Positions 48,507 to 63,445 of a DNA stretch of 64,000 nucleotides are shown here, one piece after another. The DNA is from the human T2T-CHM13v2.0 reference genome, Homo sapiens. Every line of letters begins with the position of its first letter. The stretch's first letter is position 1. The notes under the pieces are model-generated. The model searched no databases and had not been told where the DNA came from. It saw only the letters and a program-made list of their open reading frames with translations. The translations under genes and the position numbers were made by a program. The stretch is from assembly GCF_009914755.1 (NCBI RefSeq), contig NC_060926.1; one strand, 5' to 3'.

Positions 48507-49173
48507 TTTGGTTTTACCAAAACAAAACAAAAAAAAAACAAAAAAACTACTAGTTTTGTATGTTTTACAAAATTAGAAGACTTAAACCAGCCAAGCCTCT
48601 GGCTAATTTAAGTAGTAGTATAGAGATAGCTGTTCTGTAAGGTCATGCAGATACGAAAATGTAATTAATCAACAGCAGTCAGCTACAGTTCTTTCGTCAA
48701 GGCTTCAAACCTCCTTAGGCATAGGCCAGATTTGTTCCCAGAGTCAAATATAAAAATGTGACTATCAGTAGATAAAATCCAATGCCAGATTTTCAACAGA
48801 TATTTCCCGTTTAGTCTTAGCCTATCTTCACAGTACTGTGTAAGACAGTTTCCAATACACACAAGTGAAAATACTGGAGAGATGTTGTCTAAATCAGAAT
48901 GCAAACATTCTACATGGAGTGACAAATTTTTATACTTTAACCAATTGATGCAAAGTTAACAAAATTGGACCACTTTCTTTATGTGATCTAACCCTGATCA
49001 TTTCTTCCGAAACTATAAAGCTACCCAATGCAAAATGAAGCTGACATTATTTTACAAGCATAAAGAAAAATAGTTCATTCCTTACTTTAGTACCACTAGC
49101 ATTTGCAAGACTTTATCAACACTATAAAGGTCTGTACAGTTCTGATTATGTCCAAATCTACGAATGCATAGCA

Positions 49174-49472
49174 GACCAGGTGCAGAGGCTCACGCCTGTA
49201 ATCCCAGCACTTTGGGAGGCCAAGGTGGGCAGATCACTTGAGGTCAGGAGTTGGACAGCAGCCCGGCCAACATGGTGAAACCCCTTCTGTACTAAAAATA
49301 CAAAAATTAGCCGGCTGTGGTGTCAGGCACTTGTAGTCCCAACTACTTAGGAGGCTGAGGCAAGAGAATCACTTGAACCCAGGAGGCAGAGGCTGCAGTG
49401 AGCTGAGATTGCAACACAGCACTCCAACCTGGGCAACAGAGAGAAACTTTTCCTCAAAGAAGAAAAAAAAAA
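49174..49472 (+). mobile_element. AluS
   Basis: Alu dimer; flanking gaatgca repeat. Confidence 0.92.
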
Positions 49473-51493
49473 AGAATGCACAGGAGTCTGCCTCTGACTC
49501 GTGGGAAAGCGTGGCAAACACTACACTTTCAACTTCAAAGGCTAGCATTTCTTACATGAAGAGCTAATGTGGTTGGGCTTTTTAAAATAATAACAACATT
49601 ATTTCCAAATAAATGTTTCCAATGGAGTCTTATATCGACTATACAAGTACTATCCGAAAACGTTTACTTGTCAAAAAGAGCTCTAAGTCCACAAACCTAT
49701 ACACCATACTAATTTAGGTATTTTCTTCTACATTCCCATTTTACACATGCAGAAACTAAAGCACATTATCATGAAGAACTTAACGTAAAGCTGCTAAATA
49801 ATTAGCTTATTTCCCCATAAATACTTTCATGAGTCAGCAGAGAAATTCCTATAATTCATAAGAGATCTATCCTCCAAAATGTAATGAAGTCAGTTTTCTA
49901 ATACAAGTGCACATGCCACATGTATTTTTTATCACCAGCTACAATACACAGCTTGGGAAACACCTGTACCACACTGTAATTTGAAACATAAATGACAGTG
50001 TAATGCCTGGAACTGTTTAGAAAGGCAGTCGGATGAGCCTGATTCCTGTATGCTTTTATCCTCTTAGGTAAATAAATAGGGGAACAAAATTTTGAACCCC
50101 GTTCCCATTCCAGCCTTCAATTATATATTCGTATAAATTATATAAACTCTTGTAACTGCATTAGACAACAATGCTGTTACAAATATGCCTGGCTTTGGGA
50201 AGTCACACATCACAGCTTGTAACCCTGAGCAAGCATAAGCAATGTTTGTCTCCGTTTTTCCTCACTTAAAAAATGGTAATAATAACACTCATACCTCAGC
50301 AGGTTGTTTGGAATATTAAATAAGAATATATGTAAAGTGCTTAATACTATGGCTGGACTGCAATGTAGTGTACACTGTATATTAGTTATAATAATTACTG
50401 TAGTGAGTCTACATTAATAGCCTGCAGCTCCTTTTCTGTTACCCATTTGGGAATTGCCCCATTTCCACATTCAGGCTTCAAATAAACATTAGAAGACTGG
50501 GAAGGAGCGTACAGCACTGGGACAGACTGTGAGTCACAACCAGTTTTAATGAGTTGCAATTAAATGGACTTTCCAAATATCTACCATTTAAACCTTCAAA
50601 AAACTATTCTAGGAAAACAAATATGGGAAAAAACTCCTCTCCCACCATATAATTTATCATATAAAACTAAGAAAGTGTAGTGCTTAAAAGAAAAAAATCC
50701 TAAGCTAGAAAAAACAAGAAGACATCAATAGCGGGTAAACCACAACCTTCCTGGCAAACTATGACATATGATCAACCACAGACATTAAAGAAAATGACAA
50801 CGTATCCTAATAGTAAACAATAGTATCTGAAATATCTTTATTCAAAAGGAAGTATATGCCTGTATCTAAACCTGTGTGTATCATCTGATTTAAGGGACTC
50901 ATACATATAAGCCTATAGTGATTGATTTTAACATTTTTTTATCAGTTGTTCATGTCATTGAGAAATGTCAACAGAAACTACATTTTGATATCCATCAGCC
51001 AGAATTAATAGTTGAAGTATTAGCCTTGTTTTGGTACAGGTAATGGGTACATTATTTAAAGCTGAGAGAAAAGCCTTAATTTTGTGCTTCTAATATATCA
51101 AGAATAAAAATGAGAAGCCCATAACAATATAAATACTATTCTTACAGCTAAGGTTCAAACTGAATACTTGTATTTTAGGGCTTACAAAAATTCTAAATTA
51201 AAATTTATATATGTGTGAAGCAATTTAAACTATATCCTTACATTTTTACTATGAATTTAAATTCTTTCAATCAATGGGCAATTATACACACTAGTCAATA
51301 TATAAAAAGCTTAAACAGAGTTTGCTTCTTCCTAAAAGCCTTTTGAATGTAATTAGAGCAAATTTGGATGAGAATTTTAAAATGGCAACCAAATCCAACT
51401 AATCAAAATATCAAACTGGTAAAGTAAAACAAAACAGAACAAGAAGTTTATACGATAGTAACACCTAGCATACTTCCCTCCCTCTGCCCATCA

Positions 51494-51751
<258 letters not shown>

Positions 51752-52048
51752 TCAAATTCATGGAGCACAAAGCCAGTTTCTTCTTCGTCCTCTTTTTAAA
51801 TAAAAGTAAGTGCACAAAATCACCATGTATAACAACCAAGACTTTGTATATTTAAAATTCTTCCAAGTTATATTGCATTTACAATACAAGCTTTTGTTAC
51901 TGTGAGCTGTTGTCATCCTCAGAAACAGAAACGATTTTTAAAACACTTCCAACTAAAAAGAAAAGTGACTCTTTCTGCAGAGAAAATTCAATTCGTTTAA
52001 AATAGAGCATCACTTCCAGGGTAAATAGTGGATTAATATATTAATGCT

Positions 52049-52328
52049 GGCTGGGTACGGTAGCTCATGCCTGTAACCCCAGCACTTTGGGAGGCTGAGG
52101 CAGGTGGATCACCTGAGCTCAGGAGTTCAAGACCAGCCTGACCAACATGATGAAACCCTGTCTCTACTAAAAATACAAAAATTAGCCAGGTGTGGTGGCA
52201 TGCGCCTGTAATCCCAGCTACTTGGGAGGCCAAGACAAAAAATTGCTCGAACCCGGGAGGCGGAGGTTGCAGTGAGCCGAGATCATGCCACTGCACTCCA
52301 TCTTGGGCGGCAGCAACAACAAAAAAAT
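52049..52328 (+). mobile_element. AluS
   Basis: Alu dimer. Confidence 0.92.
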
Positions 52329-53748
52329 TATACAAAAGAACTGCAGATTAACATTGAGAATGCGAGGAAGGGAGGAGGAGGAGATGGAAAAAAATTTCCC
52401 AGCCCGTGTTCCAGATTACCTAAATCATATAAAAATAACTATCCTAATAATGAATAACTCCATTCTTTAAATTATGGATTTAATATTATTAATAAATACA
52501 GATAACATTTGGGAAAGATATTCATCTAGGACAGAGACACAGAATAAATTATGGAAAAAGAATGACCACTTATTTCTCCTATAGAAAATTACATTTTATT
52601 GATAATAAACCTTTTTTTCTCCTTCAACAGCGAAATCAGTAAGCAAACCAGGGAGAAGCAAAAATACTTCCCCCAAAATTATTCAAACTTGATAGCATTT
52701 AAACAAAAGCTCCCCAAATTATCTCAAGAAAGGCAGAAACCTGTTACTAAAGACATGTTTTAGACTAAAGTCACACTACAGTAAAGTGAGAGAAGCAGGC
52801 ACAACTGACCTACAAAGGAAGGCTCTGGCTTACCTGAGAGCACTGGAAGAGTTTATTCTCATTACAGAAAAAGCTTCCCTACACAGAAATTTGCTTAACT
52901 AATCTTTCCTTCACAAGGAAACAGCTCATTCCCAACCCATTTTACAAAGGTACAAATTAGTGGGATTCAAATTCACTCATTTAAGATCTAATCTCCACCA
53001 ACACACTGGGCTGACCACTTTGGATACATAGGGCTGCTGCCCTCAAGGAGTGCTACTCTAAAGAGAAACAAGGACACCCTTAGTAGGTGACCAAGGCACT
53101 GTATATAAGCAGAATCTCAACTAATTCAGAAAAGATTTGCCATGAAGAGCACTTCAAGCAGGTGGCTAGATTAGACGGCCTGCGCACAGCATGATCATGC
53201 CTCAGTGGGTAATTTCGCACGTGCTAATTATCGTTGAGTAGAAGGAGAGACGGTTGCAGAGAACAGCAGGGCAAGCAAGACAATTACAACACTAGATTAC
53301 CTGACTTCGCATATGGCTTAAAATTAATTTTCAGACACAATAAATCCAGTTTGCATCTCAGACTAAACCTTGAGTAATTAAGATTCAAAATTTGGCCCAA
53401 AATAGGACAAAAACTCTGGAAAACTAAGAAGTTTCTTCAGAAATCCTCAGAAAAGTTGCTATGCAACCTCAAAAGCAAACAGGTGTACTAAATCCAGATA
53501 TTTTAAACAATCTAAAAAATTTAAAAACAGGTTGAAAAGATTTAAGGTGGCAAAGCTATATTTCTTATGACTTATAGGCACCAAGTTGTACTGTTTACTT
53601 ATGTCACTATTGTAACACCGCCAAGAGTAGAGATAAGAACCAAAAGAAGTGGAAAGACCTTTCTGCTAACCTGAGTGGGAAAACGTAAGCTAAAATCATT
53701 CCCCCCTGCATTACTAGTGTTGATGCATTTACTAGAGGGAACAAGCTA

Positions 53749-54091
53749 CAGTCACGTGCTGCATAATGTTGTTTCTGTCAAGGACGAACCACGTATATGA
53801 CCGTGGTCCTGCAAGATTATTAATACCCTATTTTTACTGTACCTTTTCTATGTTTAGATATGTTTAGATGCATAAATGCTTGCCATGGTGTTACAACTGT
53901 CTACAGTATTCTGTAAGGTAACGTGTTTTACAGGTTTGTGGCTAGGAGCAACAGGCTACCACACGGCCTAGATGTGTAGTAAGCTATACTATCTAGGTTT
54001 GTTTTAAGTGTTCTCCATGATGTTTGCATGGCAAAATCACCTAATGACACATATCTCAGAACGTGTCCTCCTCATTAAAAGTGGCATGACT
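53749..54091 (+). mobile_element. Tigger3a/MER7A-like MITE
   Basis: TA|cagtcacgtgctgcataatgttg... to ...ggcatgact. Confidence 0.8.
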
Positions 54092-54434
<343 letters not shown>

Positions 54435-55116
54435 CTACTGAATAATTAGCAGCGGAATGGCACCTGACTAACCGACCAAGCCTGAAAAGCCGAGAGGAAG
54501 TTGCAGGAGATTTTTACCTTTAGGCTAAGATTCTCAATCAGTTAATAAAAGTATATGAAATATTAACTGTATCACATCAAAGATAGTTGTTTTGAAAGTG
54601 AGATCTACAGCAACTAGAATCTAGAATTGGAGATGGGAGAGAACACACATAATAACTACACCTTTTCTTGAGCGAAAGGTGTTATAAAAATTAAGTACAT
54701 TTCCCCCTCCATTCATTAAACTTAGCAACTAGTTCTAACACTTTTAGAAACCAACTGGGCAACAGTACAGCCATTAAAACAGGCATCCTTTTTGATTCAT
54801 TAATCACACTATTGGGAAATTTAACTACCTTTTAAAAACAACCCAAATCTGCATAAAGATGCTCATTAGAAGTATATTTGGCAGACGAGAACTCTGTAAA
54901 CAGTCAAAGGTCCTGCTACTGTCAATAGTATTGTGAAAATAGCGTTAACAACAAAGGAAAAGTAGAAGATAAAAGTATCGTCAAGAAATAGAATGATTAG
55001 AACTTAGTAGAAACATGTAAATAAATATTGCGGAGAAATTCACAAAGATAATACCAGTTATGTTAGAATATGTCTTTACTCAAGTAAAAAAAAATTTAAA
55101 TAATTTTTTAAAAATC

Positions 55117-55432
<316 letters not shown>

Positions 55433-55516
55433 CTATGGAGTTAAGTATTTTGATGAAAGTTGAAATTGAGCAACAGAATAAAAATGAACTCACTATAAAA
55501 AAAAAAAAACAAATTA

Positions 55517-55675
<159 letters not shown>

Positions 55676-57728
55676 TTAAAAATTATAAAATTCTTCAGGT
55701 CATCATGTTCAAAACTTCACAGAATATTTTTATAACCTCTCCAGCAGTATTACTAGCTTTATTTCCACAGCCTATTCATAATGAAAAAGCTAATGGTACT
55801 TGGCACTCCAGTTCAGGATCGGTCTTCTCACTTGGGCCCAACCTTGACCCAAGCTATCCCCAAAGTCCTGCCTATCTCTCCTCTTTCAAAGTTCTTTTCT
55901 CTCCTGCTCCTCTTCTCCACTAACAAAGGCGAGTTTTTTTGTATATACCATTTATTTCAAGAATTTACTAAACGTCATTAAGTTTATCAACTTTGTTACA
56001 CTGTTCTTATATTGTCCCATTTCAGTTAGTTTATATAAGGCTCATCAATAAGGTATGAGAGAATAAAATGAGTTATACCACCCATCAGAAAGGTACATGC
56101 ACTTGGACTGAAGGTTATTAGGAAGACTGATTTATAAAATACTGGATAATTAGGGGGGAGACTCAATTAAGCACAGTTTACATGTTATTCTGGAAGCTAA
56201 CTAATGCCTTTACAGGTCAATAGGCTCGAAAATGGTGTATCAATTAAGTAAAGTTTATTACTATTTTATGAACAATAAGAAAGCCAAGACAGCATCCACC
56301 CTTGCCCAACCCTCACAGTGTTACCACAAATGACATACTAGGCAGTATACTCAATCTAAACAAAGACCTCCAACAGTGAAAGGTCTCCAAAGTTACCAAT
56401 CATATTTCCATGAGAACTCAGCATCATCTTAAACAGCTGTTAACTTTTTCAGAGACTAATTAATTATACAATTGGTCCTGGTCACTTACTTCTTTTCAGG
56501 AAGTTTTAATTTTGCTGATTTCATTGCTTTAAAGGGGAAAAACAATTCTTTACTCCTTTGTGGAAAAGCAGCAGTAAAAGAACTGGGAGAGAAACAGTAA
56601 AAAGGATTCTAGACATTTTCTTGATCTTTTAGACTCAAATTAAAACTTCAGTTCATTCAACTTGGGATGGTCTTTACAGCAGACTTAAAAGGAGAGTTGC
56701 TAAGTGAAAAATCAACTTATTCAAGAATCTGCAAACATGAAACAGAAGCTATAAAGATAAAAATCTATGTTTAGACAGGCATTACTTTTTAGACATCTAA
56801 ACTATATCTTTTGGGCCTTTTTCAAAATAACTTTCGTGAAAGATTATCTAAACAGGTGAAGCTGACATAAAAGAATCAAAGAATGAAACTTTAATTGGGA
56901 AAAGATGATTGGCTTAAGAGTTTCTTAAATTTCAATCTTATTTTTAGGTTGATTTTCTACATAGCATACTGCCAGAATTACCTGATATAATCATATGCCT
57001 AATATCCTATGCTGTCTTTGTCAGGGCACACAATCTGGTCACCTAAGAGACAGGGCATGGCAATAGATCTAGGGAGCTAGCTTGGTAATACATTTGGCTA
57101 ATTAGCATCACATTTAATATTTTAAAAATTCATAAATTATTTTAAAATAGTATTTCAGAAAGTATTCAATTTTACACTTGCTTTTCTATTGGATTTGTGT
57201 GACTAAGTTAAAGTAGACTTACGAATGTACAGTTTAGAGAGAAAAAAATGCAAATTTACATTATATTAAAACACACCAAAAAACAGTGTTTTTGCTTATA
57301 ACAAAGCACTTAAAAAAAACCCTGTATTCTTGTCATTAGTATTACACAGTACTTCATTCATGAATACTAAAATATCTTTATACATACCATGATACAGTAA
57401 TAGACAGTAGCACACACTTTTGCATCTATTTAGTGACATTAAAAATAAATTATTCAAATTAATGTACTGTGGGCTACACTGCTGATTTGAAGTGATGACA
57501 TATTTTTTAATCAAACTTTATTTTACTCTTTCACTATTCATGTCCTAAAACAGACTTCACTGTTTCTTTTACACTGTCTTCAACTATAACTTAAATGTGA
57601 TAATAATATACTTATTGTGAGTGGTTCAGAGTTTGACAAATGTATTTACCCATATAACCAGCATCACCATTAAGACACAAACATTTCCATTACTCTAAAA
57701 AGATCCTTCCTGATCCCTTGTAGGTAAT

Positions 57729-57824
57729 TCTCTCTTATTCTCTCTTTCTCTCTCTCTCTCCCCCCCTCCTTCCCTCCCTCCCTCCTTCTCTCTCTCCCTC
57801 CCTCTCTCCCCACCCCCCTTTCCC
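57729..57824. repeat. Polypyrimidine/polypurine (CT/CCCT) tract
   Basis: About 95 nt almost pure C/T on plus; (GGGA)n on the transcribed strand. Confidence 0.9.
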
Positions 57825-58140
57825 AGGCTCTGTAATGCAGCAAAACTACATTTATCATTTACCTTTATGATGCCACTCAACCAGAATGTCACTGGTTAGA
57901 TTAATATACTCTTACCCCAAAGGTTTTGTGTCATGAAGTTAGGTATAAATGTAGATGTACTCTTTTCCTCAAAATTCTTGACCTTATTATATTGGTATAA
58001 GTATATATGCCCTTGTTACTATAATCTTTAAACCTCTGGATAAAGATGAAACTGGCAGTTAGTATGGTCTGCCTAAAAATCCTAATTGTTCTGTTCTCCA
58101 ATACAGACGTATCTATAAAACAAACAAACAAACAAAAACA

Positions 58141-58620
58141 GGCTGAGCATGGTGGCTCATGCCTGTAATCCCAGCACTTTGGGAGGCCAAGGCCTGAGGA
58201 TCATTTGAGTCCTGAGAGTCTGAGACCAGCCTGGGCAACGCAGATCTTGTCCTCACAAGAAAACCAAACCAAAACGACAAACAAAAAACACAGGCTGGAT
58301 ATAGTGGCTCATGCCTGAAATCCCAGCAATTTGGGAGGCTGAGGCTGGAGGAATGGGTGAGCCCAGGAGTTTGAGACCAGCATCAACAACACTGTAAGAC
58401 CCTGTGTCTCCACAAAAAATAAATAAATAAAAATAAATTAGCTGGGCATGGTGATGCATGTCTATAGTCCCAGCTACTTAGGAAGCTGACGCGGGAGGAT
58501 CCCTTAAGCCCAGGAGTCCAAGGCCATAGATTACACTACTGCACTCCAGCCTGGATGACAGAGCAAGACCTTGCGAAAAGAAAAGGAAGAAAAGGAAGGG
58601 AGGGGAGAAGAAAGGGAGGA
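58141..58620 (+). mobile_element. Alu monomer (58141-~58255) followed by AluJ dimer (58293-~58620)
   Basis: Three consecutive Alu arms; GA-rich tail. Confidence 0.85.
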
Positions 58621-60438
58621 AAATAAAGAAAAAAAAGAACATGTATTCCTAATTAAAAAAAAAAACTGATTTATTCAAAGTTCAAGGTTTCAGTCTTTCA
58701 AAACAGCGGCAATTTGCAAGGTTTGGCTTTCGAAATGTGATATAATTAAAACTGTATGTATCCAGTTGCAAGCTTTGAATTTTTAAAACAACATTGTAAG
58801 AGAATCAGATTGAGGAGTGACAATGACCTTAGATATTTTACTTACTCTTATGTAAGAATAGTTAAGATGCTTTGGGGTACTTCCTGCTTACATGATTTAC
58901 TTTCCTTGTCTACTTGAAATTTTATAAATTTTAAAATGTACTTCTCATTACATTAGACTATTATTTAATGATTCCAATCTCATCATTTTGCAGGAGAAAT
59001 GAGCTCAAGGAGAAATGTCTGCCTACTTAAAAGGAGTCACCAAAGGTAGGTCACTACCAATACTGGAATGGCTTTTACTCTTAGTTATGTTATGTTAATT
59101 AAAAACTAGAAATAGACAACTGAATAATAAATCTTCGCTGTCCTGTTTTTATGCTATCTTCCATTCTTACATGATCTATGTTAAAGGCATGTTAATCTTT
59201 CATATGGTAATCTGAGATACACATCAGACCTATTACACAGTCCCACAATCAAAATATAGTCTCCCCCACCATGATAAAGTATTCTAGCAATGAAATAAGT
59301 AAACTTTCCAGCTTCTTCAAGATTCCTTCTGTTACACAAGAAGTCAAAGCAAACATCAATGTCAATGTATTTGATAAGACTCTATAAAAATCGGGCAGGG
59401 ACGAAGAGGTGAGGGAAGTGGATTTAAGATCTTCATTCCATAAGTAATTATTCCACTCAAATAATTACTGTTATCTTCCAACTTACACATGCATTTTCAA
59501 GTGACTTTAGATGATCAAGTACACACACCTATTTTTAATGTACAGAAACCCTTTTTCTGAGTGCACTGCTTATTTATTTTTAAAGTTCTCTGGAGAGCTA
59601 TCTCCTACCTCTTCTCCACGTGGTACCATTGGAAATGTCTTCTCCAACACATTTCTACTATTACACAAGAGGGTCAAACACCAATCCTCACCATCATCAC
59701 CCTTTTTTCTCCTCCACCATACTGATTCATTCAAGGACAGGTATATAACCCAAGGAAATCAGGGACTTCCTTAAATGTTGATATATAAATGAGTAGATAT
59801 TATCCTCTTTTATTGTAAAGGGAGAGTCTGAGGGAGGTCACAAGATGTGAGATTGCAAGTGCTATCTTCATTTGACCTCTGGATCCAGCCAAGCCTGAAG
59901 CTAGGCATTCTCTTGGCTTTACCACCCATCATGTGAACTGATTTGTATTTCCATTTAATTTTGGTTGAATATCCACCATTAATCCCAAAATTCAGACCGT
60001 AAGTCATTATTAGAATTTTTAGTCTAGAGCAGGTGTTGACAAACGGCAGCCTGTGGAACAAATTTGACTGGCAACCTGAGCCTCTCAAGCTATGAATGGT
60101 TTATACATTCCAGAAAGTCATAATAAATGAAGAAGAATATGTGGCAAAGATTGTATGTGGTCAGCAAGGCCTAAAATATTTACTATATGGCCATTTGCAG
60201 AAAATGGTTACTGACCCAGACTTTGAGGGGGAAAAAAAACCACGTAAGAATTCATCCAAATTTCAAAAACTAGTTAAAACTCTCCAAAACAAAAGAAATA
60301 AAGCCTCTTTTATATTTTAAAAGAATACAGTATACAAATTAATATCTTAAGGGTAGATATCAAAAAAATTGCTACAAGTCATTTACATTTATAGGCATAT
60401 CAGGGGATGACTATGATGATCTTTAAAACACAAACGCC

Positions 60439-60725
60439 TGGCCAGGTGTAGTGGCTCACATCTGTAAGCCCAGCAGTTCAGAATGCAGAGGCAGGAGGAT
60501 TGCTGGAGGCCAGGAGTTTGAGACCAGCCTGGGCAACATAGTTTCTACAAAAAATTACGAAGAAAAAAAAAATTAGCTGGGTGCGGTGACACAAGCCTGT
60601 AGTCCCAGATGCTCAGAAAGCTGAGGAAGGAGGATTACTTGAGCAGTGAGCTATGATCACACCACTGCGTTCCAGCCTGGGTGACAGATCGAGAGCCTCT
60701 CTTTTTTTCAAAAAAAAAAAAAAAA
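60439..60725 (+). mobile_element. AluJ
   Basis: Diverged Alu dimer. Confidence 0.85.
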
Positions 60726-60741
60726 GGTGGGGGGGGCAGGT

Positions 60742-61329
60742 AGTTTTTGTCTTGAGATGGAATTTATTCATGGAAAGATGCTGTAGACATCACTGAAATG
60801 ACAAGAAAGGATTTAAAATATACATAAACTTAGTGATAAAGCAGCAGCAGCAGGGTTGGAAAAAAATTGACTCCAATTCTCAAAGAAGTTCTACTATAGA
60901 TAAAATGCTATCAAACAGCATCGCATGCTATATTGAAATCTTTCGTGGAAGCAAAAGTCAATCAACGCTGCAAACTTTATCGTTTTGAAACTTCCACAAT
61001 CACACCAACCTTCAGCAACCACCACCCTGATCAGTCAACATCTATCAACACTGAGGCAAGATCATCCACCAGCAAAAAGATTATGACTTGCTAAGGCTCA
61101 GATGATCATTAGCAATTTTTAGCAATAAAATATTTTTAACTAAGCCATGTACATTGTTTTTTTAGACACAATGCTATTTATTGCATGCTTACTAGATTAC
61201 AGTATAGTGTAAGTACAACTTTTATGTGCACTGGGAAACAAAAAAATTCATGGAACTCACTTTACTGTGATTTTAATTTTCTTGTGGTGGCTGGGAACTG
61301 AGTGCATTAACATCTCCAAGGTATGCCCG
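60742..61329 (+). mobile_element. Tigger1 3' fragment
   Basis: aaaatgctatcaaacagcatcgcatgcta...catctccaaggtatgcc resembles recalled Tigger1 end. Confidence 0.85.
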
Positions 61330-63332
61330 TGTAACTATATTAATGGTTACTTTGGTAAAAATAAATTTAAAAAAAATGAAAAGTAATCTATGAGGTTATA
61401 AAAAGGAATCACAGACTTTTATTTTAAAATAACTCAGTAATAATAAGACAGATTTTGCAGATAATGAGCTAAATCCCAAATGCAATTTTTAAAGCAAATT
61501 TTTATTTCCTAGTCAATGCACAGCATTTCATGCACTGATTTGTCAATATGAATTACAAATATTGGAAATGTCCAAAGGTATTCATCTAAGCAGTATTTAT
61601 AATGAGGAGAAACTAGAAAGGAGCTAGATGCCCAATAACAGGGAATAGTTAAATAAAACAGTATGGTAATTAAAGTTGCAAGAAAACAGTTATTATTTAA
61701 TAAGGATTTGAACATGTTGGCACTTTTACACAGCTGGTGGGAATTCATGTATTTCTAAGTGCAGTTTCAAAATATATGTCAATATCTAAAAAGAATATAA
61801 CCAGTGACTTAACAAGGAAAGAGTGGTGTAAATTACAAAGCTATACTTAATTAGGGTACATCCATATCTAGCCATTACGAATGATGTAATTTATAGTTAT
61901 TTGAAAGGAAACCACTCTATTACAAAGTGTTTAGACAAATAATGCACTTTTGTTTCTCCACAACTATTACCTTGCTCTGTCATTCTGAAGATGAAATTTA
62001 ACGGACATCAAATGTCTATTTCAGAGCCTGGCCACATAACAGGCACTCAAAAAGTAATGCCCACTGTCATGTACAGCGAGATCATACTTTTGCATATGCC
62101 TAGCGAAGTGTCTCCCTTCTGGGTAAAGACAGAAGACTTAACACACATGCACTCACTTCTGTCTCCACATGAAATGCCACTAATACAGCATTAAAACAAT
62201 CTGAGACATAAATCTACAAGGATGAGAAGAATGGAAGACACTATTGTTACAATACAATTTTAGGAGATGAAAACCAGAAATGCCGGGGCTAAATGCACTG
62301 GGAAGTCCAGAAAGCTGAAAGTAGAAAGCTGAGATTAACTACCAATCAAACTGACACCAGAGAAACCCAAAAAGGCTCAGGATCTGATGATGCCAGATAC
62401 CTCTAGGGCAGTGTTGGGATTAAAACTGAAGATTGGCTGATAGGCTGTTTACAAGGCATCAGATCCTCAGATCCTCTCCCACACTTGTACAGCTGGGTAA
62501 CCATTCCTCTCCTGGTTCCAGCAAAAAACAAGACCTTTATTCTTTAGGAAGTATAGAATATAGAAATTCCTGACTAAAGTACACAGTACAAATAGGTTCA
62601 CTACACCAAAAATAAGAGGGAGAGAAGGGAATCGAGTACAGACATACTGTCTGACAATATACATTATCCTGCCTCCATCTGTGGCCTCTTCTCCCACTTG
62701 GCCCCCAGAACTCAGGCACTTAGGGCTTCACCTTGAGGCAGAAGTTTGAAACAATCTTCTCTGTGGAATTTTACCAGCTAAAGAAAAAAAGATCTAAAAA
62801 TAATGATAAGAGGAAGTTTACAACAAAATGACCCAACCAGATCACTAAACAATGAATCTCGGTCAAACCTCCCTTATGTACTCAGAGCTTATAAATTAGA
62901 CTTTTGGTCTTGAATTACACTTGAGTATGAGGAGACAACCAGGAATTACCAGAATTACCAGAATATGAGGAAAGTTCCTAACATGAAAGACAAAACCAAT
63001 CCAAAATGCAGGCCCCCCCCGCCCCCCCCACACACACAAATACTTGAGATTACACAGGCAAAGAAAACTCACCATTAATGTCATCAAAAAAGAAATGCAA
63101 CCATAAACCAAACGCATGATTCTATAAACAAGAAAATGAAAACAAAATCACCTCTTGGAAATAAAACATGGCAAACATGGGGGAAAAAAAGCATTTCAAG
63201 AGAAAAGTTGGAAGATGTAGAAATCTACCAGAAACAGAACGAAAAAGGAAAGCAATGTCAAACAGTAAGATCAAGACCATTTAAGAGGACAAGCACTCAA
63301 TAGAAAATCAAGAAAGAGAAAACAAACAAGTA

Positions 63333-63445
63333 CACGGTGACCAACAGTCCCAGTTTGCCTAGGACTATGCTGGTTTTAGAGCTGTAAGTCCTGAGTCTTC
63401 AGAATGCCCCAGATCCAGAGAAAGCAAAACCAGTTGGTCACCCTA
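63333..63445. mobile_element. MER81-like hAT-Blackjack MITE
   Basis: TIRs ggtgaccaac / gttggtcacc, ~113 bp. Confidence 0.75.

Noticed and set aside
52804-52823. Recursive-splice-like motif cttcctttgtag|gtcagt
   Set aside because: The host intron is only ~3.8 kb and the site lies ~24 nt from the upstream donor motif; likely chance.
60742-61329. Domesticated transposase gene
   Set aside because: Only a decayed Tigger1 3' fragment with no intact frame.
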